64,000 nucleotides of DNA from an uncultured Opitutales bacterium. GTDB taxonomy: Bacteria > Verrucomicrobiota > Verrucomicrobiia > Opitutales > Seribacteraceae. The translations under genes were made by a program, and so were the position numbers. The notes beneath the pieces were generated by a model that saw only the letters and a list, made by a program, of their open reading frames with translations, ran no database searches and was not told the DNA's origin. The DNA lies in contig CALSTX010000007.1 in assembly GCA_943789375.1 (NCBI GenBank), positions 17,696-81,695 on the forward strand. The letters run 5' to 3'. The first letter of the stretch is position 1, and each line of letters starts with the position of its first letter. Below, piece after piece: positions 10,599 to 19,917 of this stretch.

Positions 10599-11404
10599 TA
10601 TAAATTAATAATAATATATAAGACAGGAAGAAACCAATAGATTGTGTCGATCACACGTCTTCCCAAAAAAGATCGAAAGTTAAAGCAAAAGAAAAGTGAA
10701 AACGAAAATGTTGTTAAGATGAGAAGGAAAAAATTTGTAGTTTTAGGATTAAATAATAATAGTAAATTAATAATTGGTGATATAAATAAAAACAAAAGTA
10801 TACATTTTAAAATGGTAGGATTTTTTTGCAAAAAAGTAAAGTTTTTTTCATTATCACTTTTGATATCAATAAAGGAAATCAATAACATATTGAAAAATAT
10901 AACTATAAAAGTAAGAAACATAATATTATAAGATACTTCATTTCTGTTAATTATGAATATGATAATATAAATTGTTATTGTCATTGAATTATGAAACTCT
11001 TTACCAAGAATTAAAAATTTAAAATATCTACAAGGACTTCTCAATAAATATAAATTATTTAATGAAAAAATAAGAATAATTATTATGCTAATTATAAATT
11101 TCAACTCATAATAATTAATGAGTAGAAATAAAATAAGGATTAAAACTGGCAAAAAGAGAACGAAAAGGTAATTTTTAAAGTTTTTCAACTTTTGGTGCCT
11201 AGCAGTTAGTAGATACCCACTCCCTTCAGGTTCAAATAATCGATCTAGGGTGTAACCAAAAAGAATTATGAAAAAAATCATTACGAGATCAACAGACTCG
11301 AGGTAAAACCCGTAAGACTTGCAAATAGCGACATACCAAGCGCATATTATCAACGGTGGTTCTAAACTGTAATCATTTATTAAGTACCAAAAATTCCTAA
11401 TCAT
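10598..11404 (-). CDS. Multi-pass membrane protein, UbiA prenyltransferase-like
   Basis: About 8 hydrophobic segments; YTLDRLFE...RH and NMLLISFIDIKSD resemble the two Asp-containing UbiA motifs; very AT-rich. Confidence 0.5.
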   Translation of the reverse strand: MIRNFWYLINDYSLEPPLIICAWYVAICKSYGFYLESVDLVMIFFIILFGYTLDRLFEPEGSGYLLTARHQKLKNFKNYLFVLFLPVLILILFLLINYYELKFIISIIIILIFSLNNLYLLRSPCRYFKFLILGKEFHNSMTITIYIIIFIINRNEVSYNIMFLTFIVIFFNMLLISFIDIKSDNEKNFTFLQKNPTILKCILLFLFISPIINLLLLFNPKTTNFFLLILTTFSFSLFFCFNFRSFLGRRVIDTIYWFLPVLYIIINL

Positions 11405-11459
11405 GACATTATAAATTGTTAGATTTGCAATTTAGAAAAAGAAAGGGTAAAAATAAAAA

Positions 11460-11810
11460 ATGGATATTAAAGCGTACTTAAAACCACAATGCGGATGGAG
11501 CATGGGTGTCCGTGCAATAATGGACAAATACTCTCTAGAATACAATGATCTAGACATCATAAATAACCCTAGTATTTATGCAGAAATGGTTGAAAAATCT
11601 GGACAACCGCTTTCGCCTTGCGTTGAAATTGACGGAGTCATGCTTGCAGATGTCAGTGGTGAAGAAGTAGAGAATTATCTTCTCTCAAACAAAATCGTTG
11701 ATGAGTCTGCAAAAGAAACTTCCGTCCCCACCAACTCACCTTGCTCAGACGAGGAACATGAAAGACAAAGGAATGAAAGCAAAACAACTTCTCCTGTAAG
11801 ATTCTTTTAA
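11460..11810 (+). CDS. Glutaredoxin-family protein (monothiol-like CGWS motif)
   Basis: YLKPQCGWS active site, SGQPLSPCVEIDG cis-Pro segment. Confidence 0.8.
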   Translation: MDIKAYLKPQCGWSMGVRAIMDKYSLEYNDLDIINNPSIYAEMVEKSGQPLSPCVEIDGVMLADVSGEEVENYLLSNKIVDESAKETSVPTNSPCSDEEHERQRNESKTTSPVRFF

Positions 11811-11833
11811 GATAATTCATACAAAACAAAATC

Positions 11834-12136
11834 ATGACCTATGTAGTAACTGAAAAGTGTGTAGATTGTAAATTCACTAGTTGTGTGTCTGTTTGCCCAG
11901 TAGATGCATTCCATGAACTACCGGATAGATTGTACATAAACCCAGAAACCTGCATTGATTGCAATGCATGTATGGACGAATGTCCTGTAGAAGCTATCTT
12001 CCCAGACATGGATGTACCTGAGGAGTTACAAGACTGGATTGAACTAAACGAGAAAGCAGAAGAGTACCCGCAACTCATCGGACAAATCGACGCACTAAAA
12101 GGACCAAAATGTGTTGATCCTAATGCTGACCAATAA
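11834..12136 (+). CDS. fdxA: Dicluster (7Fe-type) ferredoxin
   Basis: CxxCxxxxCxxxCP and CxxCxxCxxxCP motifs, acidic C-terminal tail. Confidence 0.88.
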   Translation: MTYVVTEKCVDCKFTSCVSVCPVDAFHELPDRLYINPETCIDCNACMDECPVEAIFPDMDVPEELQDWIELNEKAEEYPQLIGQIDALKGPKCVDPNADQ

Positions 12137-12244
12137 TCTTCCCTACACACAAATAATTTCATAAAAATGTAACTTTTACCGCATATTGTTTAGTTGCTAA
12201 AATTATTTATTGACTTATACTCCTGTTAGTTTTTAAGTGTGCTA

Positions 12245-13399
12245 ATGAAAATTCGCGTACTCTCATTAGAAACTGACAACTCACTTCCTCAAAATGGCTC
12301 GATCGATAAACCTAAAGGCGGACAATGTTACTCTCTTTATTTTTTCAAGTCATCAGGGTTGATTAAAACCTCAATTGGTCTAAGTGACTTTAGAACTGGT
12401 GACTGTATTTTGCTTGATCCTACATTCCCGATTTATGTTAAATGTAAACAAAGCAGCATCGATTATGACATCATCTCATTTAAAGGATCAGATGCTACAA
12501 GGCTAGTTCAGCAAGTCGGTCTCGAACTCAATACTCTCCACACACCCATACAAACTTTTTTCATTGATTCAATCCTAGACAGAATCACTAAAGAAAGTCG
12601 TGCCAGTGATTTGTTGTGGGAAAGAATTGTAGCAGGATGCGTGGACGAATTACTTAGTAAAATATACCGTTTTTCAAAGCAGGATTTCGTGCTCTCTATG
12701 CCGGATCATGCTCAAAAGTTAAGAGATTTAAGATCTGAAGTCCATGAAACCTTTTCTAAACCTTGGACTATCGGTCAGATGGCAAGTAAAATGAAACTTA
12801 GCCCGAGTAGATTTGCCTCTCTCTACAAAAAAGAGTTTAACACGAGCCCTACGGAAGATTTAATTCGAACTCGTATTGACCAAGCAAAAAGAATGTTATC
12901 GACAACTAAGGTCAGCGTAAAGCAAGTGTCACTTGCTTGCGGCTTTGAAAGTGTTCACTACTTCCATAGAGCTTTCAAAAAAAGAAATAACATAACACCT
13001 AAACATTTTCAAAATCATAAGCTTTCGATGAAAGGGTCGATTCCATCAAAAGAGAAGACATTTACATTAGATGGTTTATCATTAGAAGCAGATTTTGTGG
13101 GTACTATTGAAATTAATAATGGCGAAATTTTCTTAAATGGAACGGACCAGCAATGGAATGACTTTCTCGGATACGATGCTGAACTCATTAATAATAAACC
13201 ATTCTTCAACTTTGTATCTCCAACCCACCTTGAAATTGCAAAAGAGGCAATGAACAACATTGTTGACGGGAAAAATGTCCAAGACATTGCTATTGATTTG
13301 ATAAGTAAATCTGGGGATATAGTGAATATTGAATTTTCTGCACTTGTTAAAGGAAAAGCGTGGTTTTGGTTTGCCCGCAATGTCAGCGTAATGGCTTAA
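12245..13399 (+). CDS. AraC-family transcriptional regulator with C-terminal PAS domain
   Basis: AraC double HTH (WTIGQMASKMKLSPSRF...VKQVSLACGFESVHYFHRAFKK) in the middle; PAS-like tail (WNDFLGYDAELINNKPFFNFVSP...KSG). Confidence 0.85.
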   Translation: MKIRVLSLETDNSLPQNGSIDKPKGGQCYSLYFFKSSGLIKTSIGLSDFRTGDCILLDPTFPIYVKCKQSSIDYDIISFKGSDATRLVQQVGLELNTLHTPIQTFFIDSILDRITKESRASDLLWERIVAGCVDELLSKIYRFSKQDFVLSMPDHAQKLRDLRSEVHETFSKPWTIGQMASKMKLSPSRFASLYKKEFNTSPTEDLIRTRIDQAKRMLSTTKVSVKQVSLACGFESVHYFHRAFKKRNNITPKHFQNHKLSMKGSIPSKEKTFTLDGLSLEADFVGTIEINNGEIFLNGTDQQWNDFLGYDAELINNKPFFNFVSPTHLEIAKEAMNNIVDGKNVQDIAIDLISKSGDIVNIEFSALVKGKAWFWFARNVSVMA

Positions 13400-13443
13400 T
13401 TCTTAACCATATATTATCTCGTAAAAAAGCAACTATGGCCGCT

Positions 13444-13471
13444 AAGGTAGGACTGCTGTTGTCTACCTTTA
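13444..13471 (+). terminator. Hairpin downstream of the AraC gene
   Basis: AAGGTAG(G)AC / GTCTACCTT stem with 7-nt loop, followed by a T-rich run. Confidence 0.45.
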
Positions 13472-13475
13472 TTAC

Positions 13476-13590
13476 TTAGTTACTAGGTGCTCAAAAATAG
13501 CATTCATCACTCTGTTTGTGTTTGACTAAACTCCATTTAGAACAAACTTGCAGTCTGATACTTAGGTGGTTTCACCTAGTTTTAATTTAA
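13476..13590 (+). ncRNA. Candidate structured RNA (long interrupted hairpin with central bubble, 6S-like); strand uncertain
   Basis: ACTAGGTG (13482-13489) / CACCTAGT (13573-13580) closing stem; inner GTTTGT / ACAAAC and CTAAA / TTTAG stems; competing local hairpin TAGGTG / CACCTA (13563-13578) followed by TTTT. Confidence 0.3.
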
Positions 13591-13629
13591 TTTGTTTGGA
13601 TTAAACCTTACTTCCTAAGGAAGAAAACT

Positions 13630-14404
13630 TCATTCAATAGGCCAGCTGAAATTGCCGGCACCAACACCTTGGTGTTTTTTTTCTGGCCCATCATCTACAG
13701 CAAAACGAAGACTTTCCAGTGATGAACTGTAACATTTAAATGATTTTTTAAATTTGATGGTTTTTTCCCACCCCTTTGGTAAGGTTTTAAATTCATGATA
13801 TTTTTTAGGGATTTCACCTTCATCACAGACAATCAGCCTCTCTATTGGTCCGATTGCTGCTAAATTCAAAGAATTAACATCGCTTAAAATCTCTTTTGAA
13901 ACAGGAGCGGGATTTGGTTGAATTTTTTCTTCAATCTGCAGGGGTTCATTACTGGCAATTTCTTCTTCTTTATCACCCGATAAAACAGAGCCAACAAGAA
14001 AAGTAATAACAATAAATAAGGCTAGTCCCAATATTGAAAAGATCACTTTGGGAATCGGTATACTTTTGGCTGTTTTATTTGAGTTTGATGAAGTTGCTGC
14101 AGAAGCTTTTTTTTTCAATAAGATCGTTTGATGCAATCGAACCAAGAGATTTTTTTTGATTCTTGGAACTAATAGAACCAAGTTCTAAATCCAAATCAGA
14201 CATAATACCTTCTTGGTCTAACCCAAGAAATCGAGAATAAAGCCTAACAAATCCCCGTAGGTAAACAACCGGCAGATTAATGTTAAAATCACCAGATTCA
14301 AAAGATGAAAGGTAATCACTTCTAATTTTGGTACTTTCAGTGGCTTCACGAATGGAAATACCTTTCCGATTTCTAGCTTCTTCTAATTTTTGTCCTAGTC
14401 CCAT
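13630..14404 (-). CDS. RodZ-like protein (HTH - TM - periplasmic domain), split by a frameshift at the A9 run 14107-14115
   Basis: N-terminal LGQKLEEARNRKGISI...YLRGFVRLYSRFLGLD (RodZ/HTH_25 pattern); TM segment IFSILGLALFIVITFLVGSVL in the second frame; A8 instead of A9 joins them as DLIEKKASAATSS. Confidence 0.75.
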
Positions 14405-14469
14405 TTAATATAATAATTTCGATGGTCATTGATGATTGCAAGAAGAGATTTTTACAATCAATAAATTTA

Positions 14470-17088
14470 CTAGAGGTCCATAAGAATTTCCCTTCCTTGA
14501 CCAGGAACATCAGGTCCAATCAAACCTCTGTCTTCAAGATCATCCATTATTCTTGCAGCCCTATTATATCCAATACTTAATTTTCTTTGCAGATTTGAAG
14601 TGGAAGCACGTTTAGTTGTTCTGATAACTTCGATTGCTTTTCGAACCATTGGGTCTTCATCTCCATCCTCACCTTCTTTTCCTAACACATCATCTTCGCC
14701 CGCTGATTCAATTTGTTCACGGACTTCATCAATAATTTCGGGTGGACCATTAATTTTTAAGTAATCAACAATCCCGTTGATTTCATCATCGCTGACAAAT
14801 GCACCCTGAGCTCTAACAAAAGTGGAACTTCCAGGTGGAATAAATAACATATCTCCTTTCCCAATTAAAGCTTCCGCCCCCTTCCCATCCAGAATCGTCT
14901 GACTATCTCGATAAGACGCAACTCTAAATGAAATTCTGCTTGGCAGGTTAGCTTTTATAACACCGGTTATAACATTTACAGATGGTCTCTGGGTTGCAAT
15001 GATAAGATGTATACCTGCTGCCCTTGCAAGTTGAGCAAGTCTCGCAATACCAGTTTCTACATCGGCTTGGGCAACCATCATTAAATCAGCCAATTCATCA
15101 ATAATACAAACTATATATGGTAGCTTATTCTCTGGAATTTCCAAGGCATCATCATCTCTAGGAACTTGTATATTCGACAAAGCAGCACGCTCTTCAGCAG
15201 TCATCTCAGCATCAAGCAGTAGAGCTTTTTCCTTTTCTTCTTTGTCTTTTAATATCTTTGCATTGAAGCCTGCAATATTTCTCACACCAACTTTTGAAAA
15301 GATTTGGTATCTTCTTTCCATCTCTATGAGTAGCCATTTGAGGGCCCCTGGCACTTTTTTTGGTTCCGTGACAACCGGGATTAACATGTGAGGTAAATCA
15401 TTATAGATCTTCATCTCTACAATCTTTGGATCTACCATTATAAATCTAACATCATCGGGACTCGAATGATAACAAAGTGAAGCGATGATTGCATTAATAC
15501 AAACCGTTTTACCCGAGCCTGTAGAGCCAGCGACTAACAGGTGAGGCATTTTTGTTAAATCAGCTACTAAAGCCTTTCCACTTGCTTCTTTACCTAATAC
15601 AATAGGAATCTCCGCACCAGAATCAGCCCATGCCTTTGACTGTAATATCTCCTTTAAACAAACAGCTGCGGGATCTGAATTTGGCACCTCAATCCCGACG
15701 CACCCTTTCCCTGGTACAGGTGCTAATATTCGTACGCTGTCTGCACGAAGAGCCATTGCTAAATTTTTATCTAAATTTGCAATTTTCTCCACGCGCACTC
15801 CTGCAGCAGGGTGAACATCATATCTAGTGATCACAGGCCCTGTATGCACTTCACCCAGTTCAATATCTACTTTAAATTGAGCGAGGGTTTCTTTTAAATT
15901 ACGCGCTTTCTCCATGTGGTCGTCATCGGCATTACCGACTTCCTCAGGGGGTTCCATCAATAAATCCAAAGTTGGAAAATGATAGTCTCCTTTTCTTTCA
16001 GGAAAAAGGTCACCTGCTTTTTCGGTTTTGGCAGCTCGTACAACTTTAAAGCCATCCATTTCTACTTGGTTAGGAGTGGTTACTTCAGAAGAGTTAATGT
16101 TTTCTTTAGGCGGTTCACTCACTGTAGAAGACACTATTGAGATATCTTCTTTAGGCTTTATTGCACTAACGTTTTCTTTGCGATCTGTTTTTTCTGTTTG
16201 TTCAGTACACTCGGTTTTAACTGACTTGAGGGGTAATATTGGTTCACTTAGGTGAGCCTGCTCAATAGTTTCCTTGGTAGTTTGACTTTTAGATACATCG
16301 CTAAATAAAAGATCATCTTCTGTATTAAAATTCAACTTCGGTATCGCAGACAACATTTTACTCAGTAAGGATTTGGATGATGTTGGGGTTTCTTCCTTTG
16401 CTTTAGTTTGATCAACAATTGCATCGTTGGAATCCTTTTTTTGAGGCAACTTCGAAACCATGGTTTTTGCATAAACATTTCTAAATGTCGAAAACGATAA
16501 AGAGAAATGCAGGCATAAAGAAAAAATTGATAAAATGATGCTCAAAAGATTAGTTCCAAGTGGACCAAAGAAAACACCTACCATTCCTTGAGGAGGCCGT
16601 GCCTCGATTGTTAAAGGTAAACCCGAATACAAAAAGCAACCCAAATAACCACCCGGTCCCGATATAAAATGTTGATTATTGAAACTTTGAGAAAAATTGA
16701 GATCCGAAAATACACATATTGAGACGATAAAAAGAAAAATACTTCCTACTTTTTTGCATTTATAAATAATACTGTTTTTGTAATAAATACCATATGCTAG
16801 ACCGATTAGAGCCCATGGTATCAACCAAGCAGAAACCCCAAAAAGGGCTAAGTTGTAATAGGCTAAATAATTCCCAAATTTACCAAGCAGGGGTATTATT
16901 TGTTCTTCACTTTGTACAGCACTATCCAGGGATCCAACAATATGCAGGGCACTGGACTCAAAAGAAAACAGGGATAGAAATAAACAAATTGCGATCAATA
17001 CTATAAAAACGGGTAGGAACGAATTCTTCTGAGATTTAATTGAATCTGACTTTATTCTATTGCTTTCTTTTATGTTTCTTTTCGCCAT
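14470..17088 (-). CDS. ftsK: DNA translocase FtsK/SpoIIIE
   Basis: N-terminal TM domain, PHLLVAGSTGSGKT Walker A, IIDELADLMM Walker B, RAAGIHLIIATQRPS, GAEALIGKGDML, C-terminal gamma domain (IGYNRAARIMD). Confidence 0.97.
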   Translation of the reverse strand: MAKRNIKESNRIKSDSIKSQKNSFLPVFIVLIAICLFLSLFSFESSALHIVGSLDSAVQSEEQIIPLLGKFGNYLAYYNLALFGVSAWLIPWALIGLAYGIYYKNSIIYKCKKVGSIFLFIVSICVFSDLNFSQSFNNQHFISGPGGYLGCFLYSGLPLTIEARPPQGMVGVFFGPLGTNLLSIILSIFSLCLHFSLSFSTFRNVYAKTMVSKLPQKKDSNDAIVDQTKAKEETPTSSKSLLSKMLSAIPKLNFNTEDDLLFSDVSKSQTTKETIEQAHLSEPILPLKSVKTECTEQTEKTDRKENVSAIKPKEDISIVSSTVSEPPKENINSSEVTTPNQVEMDGFKVVRAAKTEKAGDLFPERKGDYHFPTLDLLMEPPEEVGNADDDHMEKARNLKETLAQFKVDIELGEVHTGPVITRYDVHPAAGVRVEKIANLDKNLAMALRADSVRILAPVPGKGCVGIEVPNSDPAAVCLKEILQSKAWADSGAEIPIVLGKEASGKALVADLTKMPHLLVAGSTGSGKTVCINAIIASLCYHSSPDDVRFIMVDPKIVEMKIYNDLPHMLIPVVTEPKKVPGALKWLLIEMERRYQIFSKVGVRNIAGFNAKILKDKEEKEKALLLDAEMTAEERAALSNIQVPRDDDALEIPENKLPYIVCIIDELADLMMVAQADVETGIARLAQLARAAGIHLIIATQRPSVNVITGVIKANLPSRISFRVASYRDSQTILDGKGAEALIGKGDMLFIPPGSSTFVRAQGAFVSDDEINGIVDYLKINGPPEIIDEVREQIESAGEDDVLGKEGEDGDEDPMVRKAIEVIRTTKRASTSNLQRKLSIGYNRAARIMDDLEDRGLIGPDVPGQGREILMDL

Positions 17089-17157
17089 CTTTTTTTTTAT
17101 TACTAAGGATTAGTTCCTTCATTTAGTACCACATCACACATAGAACAAAATTTTAAC

Positions 17158-18114
17158 ATGATTTTCAAGTTTGAACCGATTTACCAAGAAAGAGTTTGGG
17201 GCGGCCAATTGCTTAAAACAAAGCTTAAGCGTAATATTCCAAGTGATGTTAGAATTGGGGAATCCTGGGATCTTGTCGATCGAGATGATATAAACTCTAG
17301 GCTTTTACATTCTTTTAAAAATTCGCAGTCTTTAAGATCACTAATTCATGATAATCCTACTTTGATGATGGGACCACATTGGTCACCTGATCAAAAATTT
17401 CCAATTTTGGTAAAATGGCTTGATTGTTCAGAGCGATTGAGTCTACAAGTCCATCCCCCAAAACAAATTGCTCAGAAACTAAGTGGTGAACCCAAAACTG
17501 AAAATTGGTATGTAGCCCATGCTGCAGATAATGCCGGTCTATTTGCTGGATTCAGAAAAGGAACGACAAAAGAGAATTTCAAGGAAGCAATTGCCAACGG
17601 GACAGCTGAAAATTGTTGCCACCGAATCAACTCGGAAGAAGGTGTATCAATTTTAATAGAAAGTGGCAGGATTCATGCAATTGACTCGGGTAATTTGATT
17701 CTAGAAATTCAACAAAATTCAGACACTACCTATCGAGTTTTTGATTGGGACAGAAATGGTCTCAATGGAATCCCACGGGAATTACATATTGAAAATTCAA
17801 TGCAAAGCATAGATTTTAATGACTTTGAACCAAGCGTTTTAAAAACTGCTATTAATTTGAACCCTCAAATTCTCGCAAATTGTAATGAATTTAGAATAAG
17901 AAAATTTAATCTCTTGAATGGTCAAGAGTTTCAACTCAAAGAAAAAAATGTTGATTGTTCAATCATTCATCTAATTTCAGGCAAAATCAATATAGGTAAA
18001 GAAAGTATTGAAATAGGTGAGCACGGGCTATCCCCTTTCTCTGAAGGATGTATTATAAAGGCCACCCATGAGTCAGAAATACTTATAACGGACAGATTTA
18101 ATAAACCTACGTAA
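17158..18114 (+). CDS. manA: Mannose-6-phosphate isomerase, class I (cupin)
   Basis: RVWGG, GESW, LSLQVHP, EPKTENWY, HAI, LEIQQNSDTTYRVFDW. Confidence 0.9.
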   Translation: MIFKFEPIYQERVWGGQLLKTKLKRNIPSDVRIGESWDLVDRDDINSRLLHSFKNSQSLRSLIHDNPTLMMGPHWSPDQKFPILVKWLDCSERLSLQVHPPKQIAQKLSGEPKTENWYVAHAADNAGLFAGFRKGTTKENFKEAIANGTAENCCHRINSEEGVSILIESGRIHAIDSGNLILEIQQNSDTTYRVFDWDRNGLNGIPRELHIENSMQSIDFNDFEPSVLKTAINLNPQILANCNEFRIRKFNLLNGQEFQLKEKNVDCSIIHLISGKINIGKESIEIGEHGLSPFSEGCIIKATHESEILITDRFNKPT

Positions 18115-18164
18115 TAAACTCTACACAATACAAATTAATGATATTGTATAATGTTTAATTCCTA

Positions 18165-18740
18165 ATGAGCGACACTGAAGAAAAAACTAACCTAAACGAA
18201 AACGAAAATCTAAACGAAAACAAGGTGGTTGAAGATACCAATAAACCGCCAAAAGATAGTGAAGAGAATGATCTTACTACCAAGCTCCAAAATGCTTACG
18301 AGAAAAATGAATCCATTCAGAATAAATATCTTCGTGCCCTAGCTGATATTGAAAACATTCGTAAAAGATCCATCCGCGAGAGAGAAGAGTCAGTTACGAG
18401 AACTAGAGTACAATTATTCTCTGACTTACTTCCCATTCTAGACGCTTTTAATCTCGGTTTAAAAGAAGCAGAAAAAACTGATAATGGTAAAGAAGTTGTT
18501 CAAGGTTTTGTGATGGCGATGAATCAATTTGAGGGAGCCATGAAAGAATATGGACTAAATATAATCGAGCCATCTGGCGAAAGTTTTGACCCAAGCCTGC
18601 ACGAAGCCATAGGTTACGAAGAATCAAAAGGAGATGAAGATGGTATTGTACTCAAAACCATTCGTACAGGTTACAAGTTAAAAAATAATCTTCTCCGACC
18701 TGCTTCGGTCATTCTAGTGAAAAATGGCGTTAGTGAATAA
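18165..18740 (+). CDS. grpE: Nucleotide exchange factor GrpE
   Basis: LRALADIENIRKR, LLPILDAF, FDPSLHEAI, GYKLKNNLLRPASV. Confidence 0.95.
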   Translation: MSDTEEKTNLNENENLNENKVVEDTNKPPKDSEENDLTTKLQNAYEKNESIQNKYLRALADIENIRKRSIREREESVTRTRVQLFSDLLPILDAFNLGLKEAEKTDNGKEVVQGFVMAMNQFEGAMKEYGLNIIEPSGESFDPSLHEAIGYEESKGDEDGIVLKTIRTGYKLKNNLLRPASVILVKNGVSE

Positions 18741-18769
18741 ATATCTAACTACTTACCTCAAAATACAAT

Positions 18770-19906
18770 ATGTCTAATAAAGATTTCTACGATGTGCTTG
18801 GTGTGCCCAGAGACTCATCGGATAGTGATATTAAAAAAGCTTATCGCAAACTAGCGATTAAATATCATCCAGATAAAAATCCGGGTGACAAGGAGGCAGA
18901 GGAAAAATTTAAAGAAATCTCAGGTGCTTTTGAAATCCTAAAAGATAGTGAAAAAAGAAGAAAGTACGATCAGTTCGGTCATGATGCTTTCAGAGGTGGT
19001 GGTCCCTCAGGGCAAGGCGTAGACCCTTTTGACTTATTTCGTGATGCTTTCGGAGGAAACAACAGCGGTGGTGGAGGTTTTGGGAGCATTTTTGAAGATT
19101 TTTTTGGCGGTGGTCAGAGTACAGGATCTGATCCAGGGAAAAGAGGTGCAGACTTACGCGTCAGTGTCTCAATCTCATTAGAGCAGGCAGCTTCTGGAAT
19201 TGAGAAAGAAATTAAATATCATCATCATGATGAATGTGATACTTGCTCAGGTTCCGGTTCAGCACAAGGTTCAGGGAAATCAATGTGTTCAACTTGCGGG
19301 GGGATTGGCCAAGTTGCTTCGAATCAAGGTTTTATCAGCATAAGAAGAACATGCCCGTCTTGTAGTGGTTCTGGAGTGATGATTGAAAACCCATGCACAA
19401 AATGTCGTGGAGAAGGTAGGAAAAAGATATCTGATTCCATAAAAGTTGATATCCCGGCTGGTGTTAGTGATGGCAATCGTCTTTGCTCAAGAGGTAGAGG
19501 AGACGCGGGGATGTATGGTGGATCAAGTGGAGATTTATATGTTGATATTAATATCAAAGAACACGATCAATTTGATCGGGATGAGGACGACCTTTTTCAT
19601 GAACTTTTTATTCCGTTTACCCTTGCTGCATTGGGTGGCAATGTGAATGTACCTACACTTCAGGGCAAGGTATTATTGAAAATTCCAAGTGGAACACAAT
19701 CTAACAAGACTTTTCGTATTCGCGATAAAGGGATGCCAAATCTTAGGTCTAAAGGTAGAGTTGGTGATTTATATGTAAAAATTTGCATCCTCGTTCCTTC
19801 GAAACTTTCTAAAGAACAACGTAGTAAATTAACTGATTTCGCCAAGTCCTGCGGTGAAAAAGATATGGATGAAGGATTTATGGATAAAATGAAAAAAATT
19901 CTCTAA
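18770..19906 (+). CDS. dnaJ: Chaperone DnaJ
   Basis: J-domain with HPD, G/F-rich linker, four CxxCxGxG zinc motifs, C-terminal domain. Confidence 0.97.
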   Translation: MSNKDFYDVLGVPRDSSDSDIKKAYRKLAIKYHPDKNPGDKEAEEKFKEISGAFEILKDSEKRRKYDQFGHDAFRGGGPSGQGVDPFDLFRDAFGGNNSGGGGFGSIFEDFFGGGQSTGSDPGKRGADLRVSVSISLEQAASGIEKEIKYHHHDECDTCSGSGSAQGSGKSMCSTCGGIGQVASNQGFISIRRTCPSCSGSGVMIENPCTKCRGEGRKKISDSIKVDIPAGVSDGNRLCSRGRGDAGMYGGSSGDLYVDINIKEHDQFDRDEDDLFHELFIPFTLAALGGNVNVPTLQGKVLLKIPSGTQSNKTFRIRDKGMPNLRSKGRVGDLYVKICILVPSKLSKEQRSKLTDFAKSCGEKDMDEGFMDKMKKIL

Positions 19907-19917
19907 ATTCTATTGTA

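Noticed and set aside
13100-13399. PAS domain as a LOV photosensor
   Set aside because: No GxNCRFLQ motif or flavin-adduct Cys.
13449-13465. AGCAG on the minus strand, suggestive of SRP (4.5S) RNA domain IV
   Set aside because: The partner CAGG and the GNRA (GGAA) tetraloop are absent.
18115-18164. CIRCE operator upstream of grpE
   Set aside because: No TTAGCACTC-N9-GAGTGCTAA or a recognisable variant.
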